Shown: piece by piece, positions 28,526-38,104 of the stretch | How positions within the stretch are numbered: position 1 is the stretch's first letter | Layout of the letters: each line of letters opens with the position of its first letter | Source: Tolypothrix carrinoi HA7290-LM1 | GTDB taxonomy: Bacteria > Cyanobacteriota > Cyanobacteriia > Cyanobacteriales > Nostocaceae | NCBI GenBank assembly: GCA_019358935.1 | Contig: JAHHIK010000015.1 | Span: 1 to 64,000, forward strand | DNA: 64,000 nt | Direction of reading: 5' to 3' | Notes under the pieces: generated by a model | What the model saw: only the letters and a program-made list of their open reading frames with translations | Databases searched by the model: none | What the model was told of the DNA's origin: nothing | Made by a program: the position numbers and the translations under genes

Positions 28526-30838
28526 ATGTTTAATTTGTCTAGGATAAGTTGGCGTTTACCTGTTAATCGTTATTGGCGGCATTTGCAGTATAAGCCTTTA
28601 ATCGAAGTGGAAGATTCAATTACCTTACGGGTGCTGGTGCTAGCTTTGGTAATTGTGGGAATTTTGGCGACGGATATTGCGGCTCAAACCAAATTTAGTT
28701 TTTGGGCAATTCCTCTAAGCGTGGTGGGTGCGATTTGGAGTTATTACCGTCGTCGAGATGCTAATGTATCGGTTAAGTTTTGTATCGCCATTGGAATGTT
28801 AGTAGCACTTGGTGCTTTCTTAGGGCGATTGCTGGGCGAGTTGAATGATACACGGCTGGGTTTAGCTGAATTACTAATTCAATTACAAGTCCTTCACAGT
28901 TTTGATATGCCTCGCCGCAAGGATTTGGGGTATTCAATTGCGATAGGGCTGATTTTGCTTGGTGTGGCAGCGACGCTAAGTCAAACTTTTGAGTTTGCGC
29001 CAATGTTGATGTTGTTTTTAGCGATCGCCCTACCAACTTTAGTTATAGATTACCGTTCTCGCCTCGGCTTAGAAAAGGAAAAAGGTAAAAGCGAGAAGCT
29101 AAACTCCAGAAAATTATCTTCTCTTTTACCCTTTTACTTTTTACTTTTTACTTTAATTGTCGGGCTGGGATTGGTAATTTTTGCTGTTATGCCCCGCTTT
29201 CCTGGCTATCAACTGCGGACTTTCCCTGTAAGTTCTCCTATCGAAGTTAAAGGCGGTTTTACAGGACGCAGTATCATCAATCCCGGTTATGTGCGCCAAG
29301 GTAATGCCAATAATCAAGGCAATAATAGCAACGGCACGACGGAAAATAAAAACGGCAAACCGGGGCAATTAGATAATACGTTTTATTACGGTTTTAATAG
29401 CCAGATTAACCAAAACCTGCGGGGAGAAATGAAACCCAAAGTAGTGATGCGGGTGCGATCGCAAGCCGAAGGTTTTTGGCGTGTGTTGGCGTTCGATCGC
29501 TATACGGGTAAGGGATGGGAGATTTCCCGCAATGAACAAGTTCTTACCGTCAAGCGATCGCCTTGGTCTTACCAAATTTTTCTCAACCCCCCAGCAATAG
29601 ATACGCCAACTAAAGAAATAGTACAAACTTACACTCTGGTGTCGGATTTGCCTAACTTGATTCCGGCTATGAGTTATCCGAAGGAAGTATACTTTCCGAC
29701 ATCGGTGATAGCTGTTGATAAAGAAGGTTCTTTGCGATCGCCTGTGGGATTATCATCAGACCTGACTTATACGATAATTTCCGATGTACCATTACGCGAT
29801 CGCACTTCTTTAGGAAAAGCTTCAACTAACTATCCCCAAAATATTAAAAATTACTATCTACAAATTCCCCCAGAAATTGCCGAAAAAGTCCGACAACGCA
29901 CCGAAGAAATTTTAGCTAATTACAACCGCGAACGAGTCGGAAAGTCAGAAAAATTTCTTGATTCGGCTTACGAAAAGGCACTTTATTTAGCTCAATATCT
30001 CAAGCAAAATTATTCTATTCCCGAAAATCCCTTAGGACTGCCTTATTTAGGTGATAAAGAAGACTTGGTAGAAACCTTTTTGTTTAAGCAAAAAGGAGGC
30101 TATCCAGACCACTTTTCCACAGTTTTGACGGTGATGCTGCGTTCTATTGGCATTCCAGCGCGGTTGGTGGCAGGATTTAGTTCCGGAGAGTTTAATCCAT
30201 TTACGGGGATGTATGTTGTTCGCAACACCGATGCTTATGCAATGACAGAGGTGTATTTCCCCAAACATGGTTGGTTTACGTTTGATCCAATTCCCAATCA
30301 TCCGCTGATTCCACCATCGATAGAAGAGACTCAGACTTTTAGCGTGTTGCGTCAATTTTGGAATTGGGTTGCAGGCTGGTTGCCCTCGCCGGTGACAGGT
30401 TTATTAAATAATGTATTTGGGGCAATATTTAGTTGGATTGCTAGAGCGATCGCTCAATTTTTTGCTTTATTTTCTCAAGGTTGGCTTGGTGTATTGACAG
30501 GCTTAATTTTAGCAACTACAACGGCTTTTTTAAGTTGGTTGGGTTGGGTACAGTTAAGAGAATCATTGAAGCGTCGTACTTTCAGAAAATTGCCACCAAT
30601 GGAAAGCCTTTATCAACAAATGCTGCAAACTTTAGCCGAAAAAGGTTTTAGCAAGCACCCAGCACAAACACCTTTAGAATATGCTAGCGTGTCATACCAG
30701 CATCATTCAGAAGCAACGGCTGAGGTAATAGATGAAATTTGCCAAGCATATAATAGCTGGCGTTATGGTGGTCACAATCCTAATTTGAATCGACTGCGAC
30801 AAAGATGGCAAGAAATGAAAAAGGCTGCTAAAAGTTGA
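28526..30838 (+). CDS. Membrane transglutaminase-like protein (DUF3488 / TGc / DUF4129)
   Basis: N-terminal TM block, FWRVLAFDRY, LRSIGIPARLVAGF, GWFTFDP, QTPLEY. Confidence 0.88.
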   Translation: MFNLSRISWRLPVNRYWRHLQYKPLIEVEDSITLRVLVLALVIVGILATDIAAQTKFSFWAIPLSVVGAIWSYYRRRDANVSVKFCIAIGMLVALGAFLGRLLGELNDTRLGLAELLIQLQVLHSFDMPRRKDLGYSIAIGLILLGVAATLSQTFEFAPMLMLFLAIALPTLVIDYRSRLGLEKEKGKSEKLNSRKLSSLLPFYFLLFTLIVGLGLVIFAVMPRFPGYQLRTFPVSSPIEVKGGFTGRSIINPGYVRQGNANNQGNNSNGTTENKNGKPGQLDNTFYYGFNSQINQNLRGEMKPKVVMRVRSQAEGFWRVLAFDRYTGKGWEISRNEQVLTVKRSPWSYQIFLNPPAIDTPTKEIVQTYTLVSDLPNLIPAMSYPKEVYFPTSVIAVDKEGSLRSPVGLSSDLTYTIISDVPLRDRTSLGKASTNYPQNIKNYYLQIPPEIAEKVRQRTEEILANYNRERVGKSEKFLDSAYEKALYLAQYLKQNYSIPENPLGLPYLGDKEDLVETFLFKQKGGYPDHFSTVLTVMLRSIGIPARLVAGFSSGEFNPFTGMYVVRNTDAYAMTEVYFPKHGWFTFDPIPNHPLIPPSIEETQTFSVLRQFWNWVAGWLPSPVTGLLNNVFGAIFSWIARAIAQFFALFSQGWLGVLTGLILATTTAFLSWLGWVQLRESLKRRTFRKLPPMESLYQQMLQTLAEKGFSKHPAQTPLEYASVSYQHHSEATAEVIDEICQAYNSWRYGGHNPNLNRLRQRWQEMKKAAKS

Positions 30839-30961
30839 TTAATTAGGGCGATTTATAACTTTTTAATTCGGAATATAGCTGTTTTAGTCTAAATGCCAAT
30901 TTGATACACTTAGAGGAGAAATCATTTACCTGACTCCTACAACCCAGGAGGAGTTGACTTA

Positions 30962-32395
30962 ATGCGATCGCCGTCAAAATTTCTATCAGAAATCCGTACC
31001 ACTTTGCAATTAACAGTGCCTTTGGGGGGCATTCAACTAGCAGAAGCATCCGTGAGTTTTATCAATAGCGTGATGATGGGATTGTTAGGCATTGAATCCC
31101 TCGCGGCTGGTGCTCTGGGTGTGATCACCTTCCAGACTCTAGTTTTCTTGTGTATGGGGGTTTTAGAAGGAGGCAGTCCCCTAGCGGCTGAAGCCTTTGG
31201 CGCTGGAGACACAGATCGCATTCGCCAACTTTTTGCTCAAGGATTCTGGCTGGTGGTGATGCTATCTTTACCCATGATGTTGCTCACTTGGCATCTAGAC
31301 TCGATTTTACTTTTATTGGGTCAACAAAAAGACACGGTAGCCTTAACTAGCACTTATTTAAAAGCCATTGTTTGGAGTTTTCCAGCAGCGGTAGGTTTCT
31401 TAATCCTCAAGGAGATTGCCACTGCCCTCAATCGTCCCCAACTCATTAGTGCGATCGCCCTGACTAGGATTCCCCTCAATATTATTGCTAACTACCTTTT
31501 AATATTTGGGAATTTAGGCTTACCAAGTTTAGGATTAGCGGGGATTGGTTGGGCTGGCACTTTTGTCTTCTGGGTAAATTTCCTTGCTGCTGCTGCCGTA
31601 CTTGCCTTCCATCCTTCGTTTAAAGAATACAAATTGTTTGGTTCTTTACAGTTTAATCGAGATGTGTTTGGCGAACTTTGGCAAAATGGCTGGCCTCTGG
31701 GATTAGAATATGCCTCTACATTTTTCTTGTTTACCTTGATTGCCTTATTAAGCGGCTATATGGGAACAACCCTATTAGCTGCAAATGAAATTGTCGTGCA
31801 AAGTATAGAATTATCATTGATTGTGCCGATAGCAATCTCTTACGCTGCCATGACGCGAGTGGGACAAATGATGGGTCAGAATGACCCCACTGCTGCAAAG
31901 ATGGCAGGATTTGCCACAATTGCCATCGGTATAGCAACAACTAGTTTAATTGCCGTTGGTTTATTTCTATTTCCAGAGCAGATTGCCACTATCTTTTTAG
32001 ATGCAAGTGAGCCAGATCATGTTCTAGCAATCACATCTGCAATCCCCTTGTTGAGAATTTCAGCACTTTTTCTCATTGCTTTTGGACTTAACATGATTGC
32101 TTTAGGGACGTTGATGGGTATCCAAGATGCTCGCTTACCTTTAGTGATTAACATACTGTTTCAGTGGGGTATTGGGATGACAAGCGGTTACCTGCTTTGC
32201 TTCCATCTCAATTGGGGATCTATCGGCTTGTGGTCAGGGTTAACGATAGGAACTACACTAGCTACACTGTTTTTAATCTATCGTTTTTACCTTTTAACTT
32301 CTGAGATTATCGAATTTAGCGAGGATGGTGAAGGGCTAGACAAAAGTAAAACCGCAGATGAAGATCAAACTCCTGTATTGAAATCATTTTCTTAA
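30962..32395 (+). CDS. MATE family efflux transporter (SxtM/GntT-like)
   Basis: About 12 TM helices, VMMGLLG..LAAGALG, LGLAGIGWA, TRVGQ..G; AGGAGG RBS. Confidence 0.88.
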   Translation: MRSPSKFLSEIRTTLQLTVPLGGIQLAEASVSFINSVMMGLLGIESLAAGALGVITFQTLVFLCMGVLEGGSPLAAEAFGAGDTDRIRQLFAQGFWLVVMLSLPMMLLTWHLDSILLLLGQQKDTVALTSTYLKAIVWSFPAAVGFLILKEIATALNRPQLISAIALTRIPLNIIANYLLIFGNLGLPSLGLAGIGWAGTFVFWVNFLAAAAVLAFHPSFKEYKLFGSLQFNRDVFGELWQNGWPLGLEYASTFFLFTLIALLSGYMGTTLLAANEIVVQSIELSLIVPIAISYAAMTRVGQMMGQNDPTAAKMAGFATIAIGIATTSLIAVGLFLFPEQIATIFLDASEPDHVLAITSAIPLLRISALFLIAFGLNMIALGTLMGIQDARLPLVINILFQWGIGMTSGYLLCFHLNWGSIGLWSGLTIGTTLATLFLIYRFYLLTSEIIEFSEDGEGLDKSKTADEDQTPVLKSFS

Positions 32396-32411
32396 TCGCT
32401 ATTAGCATATA

Positions 32412-33284
32412 TCATGCCTCACTGCGTGATAACTTCCTATAGACATCGAATAAGCCGTTTGAGATATCTAGATTCTCTGGACACAAAGTCTCATGTGCCT
32501 CTGGCAGCTTGTACCAAGGAATAGTAGGGTACAGGTGGTGAACATAGTGATAACCGTTGTTATGAGTTAAAAGATTAGCCAGAAAATTAAGGTTCGATCT
32601 CGTCCCGGAGACAGTATGAAAGTGATCGTGTACCTCAGACCAATATACATAACAAGGAAAGCACCATACCAGAGGGACTACCCAGTATAGCAATAAGATA
32701 TCGATATGTCCCGATAGATAGAAGCCAATCACAACAACCAACCAGAATAGGGATACCTTAAAGCCACTTTTGAATGGATGCCAATCCAAATTCTTCAGAT
32801 GAATGTATGCGTCTATTAAAAAGTGATATATGGCAAATCCAATCACAGGTTTAACAAACCAGAGCCAGAACAGATTTTTATCCTCCTTGTATAAACCCAA
32901 CATTTCATAGTACTCAGGGATATAGTCTTCCTCACTCCCCAAACCTTTATGATGGGGAAAATGATGTTTCCGATAGGAGGATATTGTTCTCAACACAGGA
33001 AATCCATAGAGAAACTCTAGCTGTTCATTCCACAATTTGTTTTCAAATAAATTATTGTGTGTTGCTTCGTGTAACAATCCCTCTCCAATGGCAAATTGAA
33101 AGATACCAATCGCCCATACTGAAACTAGATAAACAAATATGTTGTTTATCCAAATACTAAATGCAACAATCAATAAAATTGCCATCCAGTCTCTCAGCAA
33201 TGCTAAGAACGCTCTCAGATCGTTCCGTTCAACAAAGTCAATTGGTTTACTTGGTAATTTTTCTGTAAGATTAGCGTCAGTCAT
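32412..33284 (-). CDS. Membrane di-iron fatty-acid-desaturase-superfamily enzyme
   Basis: His boxes HEATH, HHFPHH, HYVHH plus EVHDH and PTIPWYKLP. Confidence 0.88.
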   Translation of the reverse strand: MTDANLTEKLPSKPIDFVERNDLRAFLALLRDWMAILLIVAFSIWINNIFVYLVSVWAIGIFQFAIGEGLLHEATHNNLFENKLWNEQLEFLYGFPVLRTISSYRKHHFPHHKGLGSEEDYIPEYYEMLGLYKEDKNLFWLWFVKPVIGFAIYHFLIDAYIHLKNLDWHPFKSGFKVSLFWLVVVIGFYLSGHIDILLLYWVVPLVWCFPCYVYWSEVHDHFHTVSGTRSNLNFLANLLTHNNGYHYVHHLYPTIPWYKLPEAHETLCPENLDISNGLFDVYRKLSRSEA

Positions 33285-33333
33285 TTTCTTGATTACGTTA
33301 TTTTTTTGATATTGAATCTAGGTTTATGTTGGA

Positions 33334-34065
33334 CTATTTGCCTTCGACGTACTCACTCATGCAATCTATCACTATCTCCTTGATTGCTGCTTTTGGAGAC
33401 ATTTTTAATAACCATCTGATAGTATTTAAAATGTCCTCTTTTTGAATCATGTCGTGGGATTGATAGGGTGTAGCTGCTTGTTGAGCCATATTCGTATCAA
33501 CCCAACTCGGACAGATAGCCGTGACTTTGATTCCATGCTTGATTAGATCAAAGTGAATAGCTTCAGTTAACCCGAAAAAGGCATATTTAGAAGCACTGTA
33601 TACACCCCAATCCGGTTCAGCACCTTTAGCAGTGATGCACACTAAATTTACTATCTGACCAAACCCTTGCCGTTTCTTGATGGGAACAACAGCTTGGAGA
33701 AAATAAAAACCTGCTTTCAAATTAATTGAGAGGATTCTGTCAAATTCGTCAATTGGTACATCAAGGGTTCCCTCTGTCCACGCTCCTGCATTATTGAAAA
33801 ATAGATCAATACGTCCCCATACCTTGTCAATTTCCGCAACAACTTTATGTACAGAATCGCGCTCTGTAATGTCAATTGCAAACAGTAGTGGTTGTGAGTC
33901 AGGATGCAAATCGAGTGCAGCAATTTCTGAAGCAACAGCTTGCAAATTTTCAGCAGTTCGCGCAACAAGAGCTAGACGAAAACCGTCTTCAATCAACCCA
34001 AGTGCTACTGTTCTCCCAATTCCTCGACTACCACCCGTCACCAATGCAACTTTTTGCTCAATCAT
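33334..34065 (-). CDS. SDR family oxidoreductase
   Basis: TGGSRGIG, NNAG, YSASK, CPSWVDT. Confidence 0.92.
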   Translation of the reverse strand: MIEQKVALVTGGSRGIGRTVALGLIEDGFRLALVARTAENLQAVASEIAALDLHPDSQPLLFAIDITERDSVHKVVAEIDKVWGRIDLFFNNAGAWTEGTLDVPIDEFDRILSINLKAGFYFLQAVVPIKKRQGFGQIVNLVCITAKGAEPDWGVYSASKYAFFGLTEAIHFDLIKHGIKVTAICPSWVDTNMAQQAATPYQSHDMIQKEDILNTIRWLLKMSPKAAIKEIVIDCMSEYVEGK

Positions 34066-34114
34066 TTATCTCTTCCAGCCATAGCTATACTTTTTATCCT
34101 TCTTCTGTCAACTT

Positions 34115-34624
34115 CTAAATAGGCAAATCAAAACAATGTATATCGTCAACTTCATTTAAAAGACTGATTAGTTTTTTCGCTGACTGTAATAAGGCTTCTT
34201 TGGCAGATAACCCAATAATTTCTTCTTGGTTACTAGTTATTAGTTCTACCTCTCCTTCAAATCCTATATACCTATAATCTAAGGTTAATTCATCTCCATA
34301 ATTAATATCATGCAAAGCAAAAAAGAAGCCAAGACATGACAATAGATTGGGATTGGTTGTATGATTAATATAATCTGCATCGTGAGGTGTTTTCCTACAG
34401 TAAAGAAAATAATTTCCACCCCATCTCATACCAGCATTCATGGGAAAATAGTTTTCTGTTTTCAACTCTTCTAGATACTGTTTTTCTAAAACAATATTAT
34501 CGATGGTAAAAGTAGTGATCGGAATAAAAACTATACTTCCTTTCGGTATAAATTCTAAGCTAAATAATCCCTTACCTGCATTAGGTATCCTAGACTCTCT
34601 GATTTCTGCTTTGATGCACAACAT
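34115..34624 (-). CDS. Stand-alone SET-domain methyltransferase
   Basis: GKGLF, YINHTTNPN, GDELTLDY SET motifs; no post-SET cysteines. Confidence 0.85.
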   Translation of the reverse strand: MLCIKAEIRESRIPNAGKGLFSLEFIPKGSIVFIPITTFTIDNIVLEKQYLEELKTENYFPMNAGMRWGGNYFLYCRKTPHDADYINHTTNPNLLSCLGFFFALHDINYGDELTLDYRYIGFEGEVELITSNQEEIIGLSAKEALLQSAKKLISLLNEVDDIHCFDLPI

Positions 34625-34649
34625 AGATTATTTTTATTGATTAATATAT

Positions 34650-35945
34650 CTAAATCATTACTTCAACTAAAGTATCTGGCTTTATTCTCTGAAGATGCCA
34701 GTCGGTAATTTCTTCACCTAGTATCATAATAGGAATACCTGGAGGAACTTGTTTAAAACAACAACAACTTATCATACCTTTAGCTTGCTCAAGTAAAAGC
34801 TTTTTCTTCTTGCCAAAAAAAGCCTCCCTTGGTGAACAGCGTATCACCGGAGTGCGAACCAAAAAATCTTCATCAAACACCTGTCTCTGTTCTTTATCAG
34901 CAATAATTTGATAAATTTCTTCAATAACTTGAGTGACATAGACAAAATCATTATCAGTATTTTGAAATGAAAAAATTAGTAATACTCCTCTTTGATTTGA
35001 ATATTCATAGTCAATGCCACGTTCACCAATTAAGTCACCAATTTCATCACCTGTTGCGCGATCGCTATACATAAAAAACTTTAATGGATCGCTAATTTGA
35101 GAATCATAGGTTAAGACATTTCCCCAATTATCAAGCAGACATCGTAATTCATGGCAGTTGCAAGCAGCCTTTTGAAAAAGCGACTTTCTTTCATCTCCAA
35201 AAGCCAGCCGAATAGCTTCTTCTATACTTAATAAAAGTAGGTTACTCCGTGATGTTGTTTCAAACAGTGATAGTGCTGCGATCGCTTCTGACTCTGTAAT
35301 TCTTGAGGCTTCAGGTAAATGAAGTAATGCTGTTTGCACAAGACTACCTACAAACTTGTGCAGGCTATGAACAACCAAGTCAGATTCTTCAGCCAACGCT
35401 GACAAATTCTCCTCCTCTAAAAAAGGAAAATGAGTGCCATGCGCTTCGTCGATCATGAACTCAATATTTTTAGCTCGGCAGTATTTTGCAATCTTTCCTA
35501 AGTCAGTCGTGATGCCATCATAGCTGGGATGTGTTAAAAAAAGTGCAGTAACTTCTCCTGCTGTTTCTAATGCTTGAATAACTTCTTCATCTGTTGGCAT
35601 GAACGAACGCGACGGAATAAAAAATGGCTCTAATCCTGAGAGGACAAATCCATGAATTATCGACAGGTGACTATTCAGACCAATGGCGATTTTTCGATGT
35701 CTTCTTGCCAGTATGGTACAGGCAATCAAAATTCCTTGGGTGGCTCCTCCTGTGAGAAAAAAGGTATGTTTAGTTTTATATAGCCCAGAAAAATATTTTT
35801 CGACATTATAAAACTTGTCACGGGTAAAGAAAGGTAAATCATAGGCGTAGATGCGATCGTCAAAATATTCAGATTCTCCTCGAATGCCTTGATGAGCAGG
35901 TGTGTGGAGCCGAAGTTTTATTTCTGGGGAATGAGATGCAATCAT
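34650..35945 (-). CDS. Orn/Lys/Arg decarboxylase-family PLP enzyme
   Basis: LHTPAHQG, GATQGI, HLSI, PSYDG, IDEAHG, HSLHK (PLP Lys), TTS, PPGIP. Confidence 0.88.
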   Translation of the reverse strand: MIASHSPEIKLRLHTPAHQGIRGESEYFDDRIYAYDLPFFTRDKFYNVEKYFSGLYKTKHTFFLTGGATQGILIACTILARRHRKIAIGLNSHLSIIHGFVLSGLEPFFIPSRSFMPTDEEVIQALETAGEVTALFLTHPSYDGITTDLGKIAKYCRAKNIEFMIDEAHGTHFPFLEEENLSALAEESDLVVHSLHKFVGSLVQTALLHLPEASRITESEAIAALSLFETTSRSNLLLLSIEEAIRLAFGDERKSLFQKAACNCHELRCLLDNWGNVLTYDSQISDPLKFFMYSDRATGDEIGDLIGERGIDYEYSNQRGVLLIFSFQNTDNDFVYVTQVIEEIYQIIADKEQRQVFDEDFLVRTPVIRCSPREAFFGKKKKLLLEQAKGMISCCCFKQVPPGIPIMILGEEITDWHLQRIKPDTLVEVMI

Positions 35946-36333
35946 CAGCCGTCACTGAGTTTGGATTAACTACTAAATAATCACAAGCTTTGGCTAAAAG
36001 ATTAACACTTGGGGTTGCATCACCAGCAAAACCTCCAATTTCCGCACGGACTCCTGTTGGGACAATACTTACAGCAACAAAAGGTTTAGCTGAAGAAATT
36101 TGACGATGGCGAATATCTAATAAAGAAGACCAGACAGGCTTTCTATCTGTTTCCAGAAAACTGCATTCAAACACCAACTTCTGTTGGCTCCCTGCGGTCA
36201 AGATGATTCGGATAGGTGTTCCAGGTAGTCCCGTTTCTCCAATTAGATGAGCAATTTCACTCCAAATTTTTTGCTTTGGTGGGCATTCAATTTCAAAATC
36301 TTTTGTAAAAACTTGTGACACAATTAAACTCAC
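35869..36333 (-). pseudogene. DUF3326-family protein, N-terminal fragment
   Basis: IVPTGVRAEIGGFAGDATP...CDYLVVNPN motif; family-like sequence stops near 35945 and the frame runs out inside the decarboxylase gene. Confidence 0.65.
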
Positions 36334-36703
36334 TAAATAACCCCAAGTGTTATTTATACCTTAAATTGACGATTAACTTCTATTTTTTCCTTAAATTTAC
36401 CATCTACTAAAGAAGTAAAGGAGAGTTTCATACCTTGCTTTAGATGGATTTGAAGTCGATGACCCGAAACTTGGACGACTCTGAATTTATCTGGGGCAAA
36501 ATTTACAATGCGCTCTTGCGCTGCCACACATCCGATATCCTTGGTCTAGGTTGAACGTATGAATCCGAGAAGCTTCAGCAAGAGTTCTTAAACTTTACTG
36601 CTGGGTCGTTTTGTCATTTCTTAGTCTAAACACCAATTAATCAAATACCCATTAAATCTTACTTATGATTTATATACTAATTGTGATTAAATTCGCTACT
36701 AAG

Positions 36704-36873
36704 TAAGTAGGCAGAAATAAAAATACTTATGTAAACAAATGTAAAAAGCGTGCTTTCTTCCTATTTCCTATGACACCAAATGTCTCAACAAAGGGCATCT
36801 TTGCATGACGCTGGCTCCCCCATACCCTATGCTCGACCGATCGCGAGTGATGTTTAATTAGCCGACCTACTCA
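36704..36873. repeat. MITE-like element (same family as 4015-4140)
   Basis: TAAGTAGG...CCTACTCA ends, GAGTGATGTT core. Confidence 0.5.
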
Positions 36874-37075
36874 ATAGCTTGTGTTAGTGTTGCTTTGCCT
36901 ATGTCTTGAGAAGGATTTTGAGTAGTATTTGGGCATAAATAGCTAAAAAAAAGCAGTGATAATTTAAAAACGCTTATTGGCTTGAATTTAATCGTTGTAA
37001 CTCCAATTTTTTATAGATAACATGTAAATAAGTTACTAATAAGCTTCTCACACTGTATTTGGCATAAGTTTTTTT

Positions 37076-37342
37076 ATGGACATTCAGTTAATCAACATCG
37101 GTTTTGGCAATATCGTGTCTGCCAATCGAGTAGTTGCTATTGTCAGTCCAGAGTCTGCCCCGATTAAGCGGATTATTACTGACGCAAGAGACAGAGGTCA
37201 ACTGATTGACGCGACTTATGGTCGTCGCACTAGAGCTGTAATTATCACTGATTCCAGCCATGTGATTCTCTCAGCGATTCAACCGGAAACGGTAGCAAAT
37301 CGCTTTGTAGTTTCCCGCGAGCATCAAGTTGTAGATAATTGA
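37076..37342 (+). CDS. remA: RemA/DUF370 family protein
   Basis: [28 protein letters not shown]; upstream of gmk. Confidence 0.93.
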   Translation: MDIQLINIGFGNIVSANRVVAIVSPESAPIKRIITDARDRGQLIDATYGRRTRAVIITDSSHVILSAIQPETVANRFVVSREHQVVDN

Positions 37343-37504
37343 TTGGGGGTGGGTTGAAAGCCCCACCCCTATTTGCGCCATATCAGCAGTAATATGTGAA
37401 TTAGACAAGTTTTCTGTCACCCATGCTACCAATTTATTAGTCTATACTCGCTCTCGCGAATGACTAATGAATAATGTCTATCGATTAATTCACAAGTTGA
37501 GCGG

Positions 37505-38104
37505 ATGATGCAAGTTTTATCCATCCAGAATGGTGCTACTACCAAAGAATGCCCCCCTCTGGGCAGGCTGATTGTTTTAACAGGTCCCAGTGGTGTCGGC
37601 AAAGGCACACTCATGCGATCGCTTCTACAGCGTTATCCGGAGCTATACTATTCAGTATCCGTGACGACTCGTTCTCCCCGCCCTGGAGAAATCGACGGCA
37701 AAAATTATTACTTTATTAGCCGTAACAAATTTGAACAATTGGTTGCTCAAGGTGAATTCCTAGAGTGGGCAGAATTTGCGGGTAACTATTACGGCACTCC
37801 TCGTGAAGCGGTACTTAACCAAATTCGCGCCGGTAAGACGGTTGTGCTAGAAATTGAGTTGGAAGGGGCACGACAAATCCGCGCTTCTTTCCCTAGCGCC
37901 CTCAGCATCTTTATTCTACCGCCTTCATTTGAAGAATTAGAGCAACGGATACGCAATCGCGGACAGGATTCAGAAGAAGCGATCGCTCGTCGTCTGCAAT
38001 GTGCCCAAGAAGAAATTAAAGCCGCTGAAGAATTTGATATTCAAATCGTGAATGACGATTTGGAGACCGCTGTAAATGCGATCGCTGCTGCTTTATTTGG
38101 TTAA
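37505..38104 (+). CDS. gmk: Guanylate kinase
   Basis: [27 protein letters not shown]. Confidence 0.96.
   Translation: MMQVLSIQNGATTKECPPLGRLIVLTGPSGVGKGTLMRSLLQRYPELYYSVSVTTRSPRPGEIDGKNYYFISRNKFEQLVAQGEFLEWAEFAGNYYGTPREAVLNQIRAGKTVVLEIELEGARQIRASFPSALSIFILPPSFEELEQRIRNRGQDSEEAIARRLQCAQEEIKAAEEFDIQIVNDDLETAVNAIAAALFG

Noticed and set aside
30962..36333. Guanitoxin or saxitoxin gene cluster
   Set aside because: Only the MATE and desaturase-like genes are reminiscent; there are no GntC/D/E/F/I/J-type or SxtA/G-type genes here
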